DNA of 29,338 nucleotides. Origin: Candidatus Bathyarchaeota archaeon (GTDB lineage Archaea; Thermoproteota; Bathyarchaeia; TCS64). Each line of letters starts with the position of its first letter. Within the stretch, counting starts at the first letter, position 1. The DNA lies in contig DAOVEE010000001.1 in assembly GCA_030669135.1 (NCBI GenBank), positions 1-29,338 of the forward strand, read 5' to 3'. Under the pieces are notes generated by a model. It made no database searches. It worked only from the letters and a program-made list of their open reading frames with translations, and was not told the DNA's origin. Both the position numbers and the translations under genes were made by a program. Below are positions 25,109 to 29,338 of this stretch, piece by piece.

Positions 25109-25471
25109 CTAGCTGAGCCTGCGCCGTGCAAGCCAGTAGACGGAGAACGCCACACCCAAGTCTAGGACCCACCACTTGTACAAGTCTAAGAAACTAACCA
25201 CTCCACGGTCTCCCAGTATTATAGGGCCATCTGGTTCACCTGTAAGCTCCTCAGTCGCCTCCTCCCCTAAGCCAAACATGGGAGCTTCGTTGGTGGCGTT
25301 CAGGCTTTCTACGATGTCCCCCGGGCTCCTTTCGATGCCCGCCTCTTCGGAGCCGGCGAGCATCAACGGAGGTGGAGCCACGTATCTCTCGACCTGCCCA
25401 GGCACGGCTGAGATCAGCAGGTAACCAACCGTCACCGCAAGCACCGTATAGACCGTGACCCGGCTATTCAT
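25109..25471 (-). CDS. Hypothetical membrane protein (TM-acidic loop-TM)
   Basis: 120 aa: VTVYTVLAVTVGYLLISAV, an acidic Pro/Glu linker, then WWVLDLGVAFSVYWLARRRLS. Confidence 0.7.
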   Translation of the reverse strand: MNSRVTVYTVLAVTVGYLLISAVPGQVERYVAPPPLMLAGSEEAGIERSPGDIVESLNATNEAPMFGLGEEATEELTGEPDGPIILGDRGVVSFLDLYKWWVLDLGVAFSVYWLARRRLS

Positions 25472-25541
25472 CGTTGTACCCTCCGTGCTCGTGTGACTTA
25501 ATGCTAGAGATTAGAACAGCCGAGGAGCCTGTATCGTGGGG

Positions 25542-25561
25542 GTGTTCTGTATTTAGAACAC
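25542..25561. promoter_or_regulatory. Inverted repeat GTGTTCT-N6-AGAACAC (operator or hairpin)
   Basis: Perfect 7-bp arms directly after the stop of the wHTH-TM gene. An extra TTAGAACA copy lies at 25511-25518, identical to 25553-25560. Confidence 0.45.
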
Positions 25562-26002
25562 TCATCTTGGGCGGTCCCTCCAGATCCGGTAGGTCTCGTA
25601 CCACAGGATCGCGGTGGGCACCACGCCCATCACCAGGGTCGTTATTGCGTCCCTCGACGGGTAGAACGGTTGCTGGACGAGGTACGTGACAAGCATCGTG
25701 GTCATGAGCACCGCGTAGAAGAGGTATCTGGGCAGCATCACCCCTCCGAGGGTCACGAACTGTCGTAGAACCCCCACCTTCACCTCCTTGACGAGCTTGT
25801 AGTCGCCGTAGACGTTCTCAACCAGACCGAGGTCCATGAGCTTGTTCAGGTGGTAGCTGCTGACGCTGGGGCTGCTGAACCCTAGCTCCCTCTGCACCTC
25901 CCGGACGCCCACCGGCTCGTTGGGGTTCTTGATTATGTGCATGTAGACCAAGAGGGTCTTCCCTTTGAGCTCCGACTCTATCACCGCGTCTTCGCTTGCC
26001 AA
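25562..26002 (-). CDS. Membrane-tethered winged-helix transcriptional regulator
   Basis: LKGKTLLVY....K...PVGVREVQRELGFSSPSVSSYHLNKL.DLGLV (ArsR/MarR-like wHTH) followed by two C-terminal TM helices. Confidence 0.85.
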   Translation of the reverse strand: MASEDAVIESELKGKTLLVYMHIIKNPNEPVGVREVQRELGFSSPSVSSYHLNKLMDLGLVENVYGDYKLVKEVKVGVLRQFVTLGGVMLPRYLFYAVLMTTMLVTYLVQQPFYPSRDAITTLVMGVVPTAILWYETYRIWRDRPR

Positions 26003-26040
26003 GGCAGTTACATCCCCTGAGTTGGTATCTAATCCGTTGT

Positions 26041-26886
26041 TCAGTCTTTAAACGTATTCAGAAGCGCCAGCGTAGCGTGGATAGCCTCCTCCGTCCTGAC
26101 GGTCTCGGTTCCTTGGCCGGGTACCGTGTTGAATATGAACCTGAAGCATTCCTCCGCCCTCTTACGCTCCCTACCTATAATCTCGTATACGCCGTCCCTG
26201 TTAGACCCGAAGGCGACGAGTGTGCGCCTGCTCTCAGCCCAATGAGAGCTTATCTTCGGTGCAACTATGTTGAACTCGTCGCCCTTCCTCGAGGTCGCGA
26301 TGGTCAGGTCCCACTCGGGGCTCAGCGCTAGCTCGCACAGTTTAAACTTGCTGCCCCGGAGGTTGTATCCCCAGTACTCGCTCAGCCTGCTCTTCTTGGC
26401 TGATCTTCCCTTGAGGTTTGGCTCCTTCTCAACGACCCGTACGGTCACCCGGCTTCCTCTGCTCGGGGCCCGCCCCTTTACCTCCATGAACTTGTCCAGC
26501 CCGACGTCCACCATGTAGCCGCCGTCGATTATGTTGATGACCACCCCTTCACGGACCTCCCCTACCTCTACGTTCTCCACACGGTCCTCGAGGGGGTGGT
26601 GGGGGGTCCGCAGCGGCGGCAGCGTCCCGACGTACCTGAGCTCGGGCCGCTTCTTGAAGAGGTACTTCCTGAGGTACTGGGGCGTCTCCATGTACCCCAG
26701 TATGTACTTCATGAGGGTGCTCTCGTCAGGCTGGTCGGGGTACACGACGATCTCCTCTACCCTGTAGATTGCTGCGGCGCGTCCAACATGGCCCAGCGCC
26801 TCGGTCTTCTCCCTGAGGCGCCTGTGCTCGGAGACCATCGAGGCCGGTATGGCTATCGAAAGCCTGTTTCTTCTCCTATCCACCAA
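26041..26886 (-). CDS. SPOUT-family putative RNA methyltransferase (COG2106/C9orf114-like)
   Basis: LSIAIPASMV, GRAAAIYRVEEI, YMETPQYLRK, G.LPPLRTPHH, central OB insert, YWGY, NTVP.QGTETVRTEEA. Confidence 0.93.
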   Translation of the reverse strand: MVDRRRNRLSIAIPASMVSEHRRLREKTEALGHVGRAAAIYRVEEIVVYPDQPDESTLMKYILGYMETPQYLRKYLFKKRPELRYVGTLPPLRTPHHPLEDRVENVEVGEVREGVVINIIDGGYMVDVGLDKFMEVKGRAPSRGSRVTVRVVEKEPNLKGRSAKKSRLSEYWGYNLRGSKFKLCELALSPEWDLTIATSRKGDEFNIVAPKISSHWAESRRTLVAFGSNRDGVYEIIGRERKRAEECFRFIFNTVPGQGTETVRTEEAIHATLALLNTFKD

Positions 26887-26890
26887 GTCT

Positions 26891-27382
26891 TCACCGCTCC
26901 CTGTGCTTGGACCAGCTCCTCCAGCCGGTCTTCACGAAGCTTTCCCTATGCTCCAAGTCCTCATGCACCCACTCCAGAAAACCGTCGAAGCTCCTCATAT
27001 CGGCGACCTCCATGTGGCTTCCGACTCCGAGCCTGACGAGGCTCTCGACGAAGGTCTTCTCCGCCAGCTCCTGTGTCGCCCCTGTTATCTTAACCTCCTT
27101 AACCTTGTAGCCCAGCTTCATGAGGGTCTCTTTAGCCGAGGAGAAAACGTATCCCGTGCATATGTGGAGGGGCTCACCCTGCTCGATGCCTAGCTCTTCT
27201 ATGCCTTCGAGTATTATCTGGGTCACGGCGCGGAGATACTCCTTGTACTTGAACTCGGGCGCCCTGAAGAACTCGAGGGGTATCTCCCCGACGTGAGACT
27301 CACCTGTCTCGACGCGCCTCATCACTATGACGACTCCTCCGATGAGGTCACCCCAGCCCGAGTCATCCACCTCGACTACCAT
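26891..27382 (-). CDS. Uncharacterised protein with an RNase HII-like N-terminal acidic motif
   Basis: MVVEVDDSGWGDLIGGVVI parallels RNase HII GvDEaGrGp.iGp.vv. ATG 27382 preferred over the track start at 27430. Confidence 0.7.
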   Translation of the reverse strand: MVVEVDDSGWGDLIGGVVIVMRRVETGESHVGEIPLEFFRAPEFKYKEYLRAVTQIILEGIEELGIEQGEPLHICTGYVFSSAKETLMKLGYKVKEVKITGATQELAEKTFVESLVRLGVGSHMEVADMRSFDGFLEWVHEDLEHRESFVKTGWRSWSKHRER

Positions 27383-27488
27383 TATGGACGATAGAAGGTG
27401 ATCTATGGATAAATAGGTTGATGTGTCCACCCAGCGGACACGTTTCTCTAAAGGAGTAATTGATGGAGGTACCTGGTTCTTCGTGTAC

Positions 27489-28547
27489 CTAGGGTTTCTT
27501 CAGGGCGTCTATCGAGTCGGTCGTGCTTGGGTCTTGCCCATACAGCATACCGAGGTACGCCGACGCAAAGTCCCCGATATACAGCGCCGAGATCATCCGG
27601 GCCAGCCTTCCCTCGCCCATCGCCTCGACCTCCACCACCCTACCGAACCTCTCCGCTACCAGCTCGTTGAACCTATCGATTTTCGTCGACGCGGCTTCCG
27701 CCTCCACCGGGTCTCTGATTATCACTGCGCACACCTTCTCCAGCAGCTCCGGGGGAGCCTCACGCGCCATGACGCTGTTGTGGAAAGCCTCCGGGAAGAA
27801 CCCGGCGGAAGCCGGGCTCTTGCTGTTCTCGTTGAGCTGGGTGCTGTACCTGTAGGCCACGCCCTCAAGGAGGCTGGAACCGTAGACGTAGGGCGTGTAG
27901 CCCCTGATGCTCTCTGCCAGGGTCTTACCGGGGTTCGAGTCAGTTGGGGTCCCCGGACCCATCTCCTCGCTGAGGCTCTTGGCGACCTCGATTGCCTCCT
28001 CGACCTCGCCCCACGTCTCGTCACCGATAAGACCTAAATTCCTAGTAACCGCCGCGAGCCCGAAGAACTGGAACGCTATCGCCGCCCTCGGCTTGTAGCC
28101 CTTGGGGAACCTTAGGCGCGGGATCTTTCTCAGGGAGGCGCTCTGGCTTAGCTTACCGCCTGAACAGAAACAGATCAAGGGGCACCCAATCTCCACGGCC
28201 TGATGGTACTGGCTCAGGGTCTCTTCCGTGTCCCCTGAGTAGCTCACGGCGTAGACCAGGGTGCCCTCGTCGACCCACGCGGGTAGGCGGCTCCCACGTG
28301 AGATAAATAGGGGAGTCTTGGAGACGTCCCTAAGCCAGTCTCTGAGCAGGATGCCGCCGACGGCTGATCCGCCCATCCCGGCGACCGCTAGGGTTTTAAT
28401 CTTCTTCTTCTGTATTCCGCCGAGCTCCAGCTTCTCCGCGTCTCGTATTGCCTTCCTAGCGCTTGACGGGAAACGGGTCAAGACCGACAGCATGTCGCCA
28501 CCGTCGTGGCTTTTCAGGTACTCCGGGTCGTCGAGGAGATGCTTCAT
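27489..28547 (-). CDS. pgi/pmi: Bifunctional phosphoglucose/phosphomannose isomerase (double SIS)
   Basis: GMGGSA, SYSGDTEETL, SGGKL, PRAA, TQLNENSK, PEAFHN, LYIGDFAS.YL. ATG 28547 preferred (track 28571). Confidence 0.93.
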   Translation of the reverse strand: MKHLLDDPEYLKSHDGGDMLSVLTRFPSSARKAIRDAEKLELGGIQKKKIKTLAVAGMGGSAVGGILLRDWLRDVSKTPLFISRGSRLPAWVDEGTLVYAVSYSGDTEETLSQYHQAVEIGCPLICFCSGGKLSQSASLRKIPRLRFPKGYKPRAAIAFQFFGLAAVTRNLGLIGDETWGEVEEAIEVAKSLSEEMGPGTPTDSNPGKTLAESIRGYTPYVYGSSLLEGVAYRYSTQLNENSKSPASAGFFPEAFHNSVMAREAPPELLEKVCAVIIRDPVEAEAASTKIDRFNELVAERFGRVVEVEAMGEGRLARMISALYIGDFASAYLGMLYGQDPSTTDSIDALKKP

Positions 28548-28630
28548 ACCCTTAACTTGAAGAGGTAACAATAAAAGGTCAACGAGACCTCATGGGCTCG
28601 CTGCAATGACAAGGAAATAAGAAATGAGGG

Positions 28631-29023
28631 TTAGAGCCTCTGCCTTCTCGGGGGGTACTGTCTCCTGTACTCTCTCTCCGAGAGGTTGTTCTCCGTGTTG
28701 ACCTCTTCTATGGTCACGTTCTTCTTCTCGATGTTGCCGTATTTACCGACGTTCAGCCTTAGACTGCCTCTGAACGTCCCAGCGTAGCCGTTCTCCACCT
28801 CGACGATGTCACCGACGCCGAACCTGTCGATATTCTCGTCCCACAGCGTCAGAAGAACCGTGCCCGTTTCGTCGCCCACGAGAGCCTCAGCCACCCTGTG
28901 TAGCTGCCCGTCGCTGCTGCTGGACACCTCCCTGACGTCCCCCGTTTTCAGAATCTTGGCGACCAGATTCACCCTCCTGCTGTAGGTGGTGAGGTCCCTG
29001 ATCTTCGTCATGTAATCCGACAA
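28631..29023 (-). CDS. ssb: Single-stranded DNA-binding protein, single OB fold (crenarchaeal SSB type)
   Basis: KIRDL...VNLVAKIL, VAEALVGDETG.V.LTLWD, GD.V.V.NGY...FRG.L.LNVGKYG.I. Confidence 0.9.
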   Translation of the reverse strand: MSDYMTKIRDLTTYSRRVNLVAKILKTGDVREVSSSSDGQLHRVAEALVGDETGTVLLTLWDENIDRFGVGDIVEVENGYAGTFRGSLRLNVGKYGNIEKKNVTIEEVNTENNLSEREYRRQYPPRRQRL

Positions 29024-29058
29024 GCTCTCTCAGAGAGATAAGAGGAATCTATGGTTTA

Positions 29059-29337
29059 TCAGCTTTCGCTAGCCACACAGATCTTGCAGGCGAGCCACGC
29101 GTAGACCTTTATCGTGTCTAGGAAGTCCCTCACCTTCACGTGGTCCTGCTGAGTGTGGGCGAACCTCTCCTCACCGGGCCCGAATCCGATGACGGGTAAC
29201 CCGAGCCGAGAGTACATGCGTCCATCGGTGGCGAAGGTCCATAGGCCACGCTCCGGCTTCCTGTAGATCTCGGATACCGCCTGAGCCGCCTCCTCTACCA
29301 CCGGGTGCTTATCCGGGTCCGTGTAGAACCCTGAGAA
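29059..29337 (-). CDS. M20/ArgE-DapE (YgeY-like) metallopeptidase, C-terminal part (5' partial)
   Basis: The frame is open to the window edge: FSGFYTDPDKHPVVE...WTFATDG...GLPVIGFGPGEERFAHTQQDHV. Confidence 0.85.
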   Translation of the reverse strand, partial: FSGFYTDPDKHPVVEEAAQAVSEIYRKPERGLWTFATDGRMYSRLGLPVIGFGPGEERFAHTQQDHVKVRDFLDTIKVYAWLACKICVASES

Positions 29338-29338
29338 C

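Noticed and set aside
1-29338. CRISPR arrays, IS/transposases, integrases, rRNA, RNase P or SRP RNA
   Set aside because: No regularly spaced repeats, DDE/Tyr recombinase motifs or conserved rRNA, RNase P or SRP RNA signatures were seen.

Overview
Archaeal chromosomal window, GC-rich in coding regions. Candidatus Bathyarchaeia/TACK-like by inference from gene content: archaeal pheS/pheT, rps8e, srp19, gar1, rnp3, nreA, ard1, crenarchaeal-type SSB and PGI/PMI, and several peptidases. It is mostly housekeeping and accessory metabolic genes. No CRISPR array, transposase or integrase is visible. All family assignments come from motif recognition by eye; no searches were run. Points the ORF track does not show: (1) four decayed gene remnants, namely a frameshifted and truncated rpl10e (560-945), the 3' half of a bacterial-type alanine racemase (3377-3781) beside a bacterial-looking tRNA-Arg(UCG), a 59-aa 'mini-LarA' made of only the LarA N- and C-termini (4024-4203), and a rubrerythrin remnant with an internal stop (24768-25040); (2) a full-length LarA-family gene that has lost essentially every nickel-pincer and catalytic residue; (3) a candidate transmembrane signalling locus (21.9-26.0 kb) with a secreted helical-repeat protein, a receptor-like membrane protein with a cytoplasmic winged helix, and a second membrane-tethered winged-helix regulator, with dyad sites nearby and a site-2 protease close by; (4) an Alba C-terminus directly upstream of a cold-shock gene, a missed 52-aa membrane ORF, and a structured convergent intergenic region after pheT.
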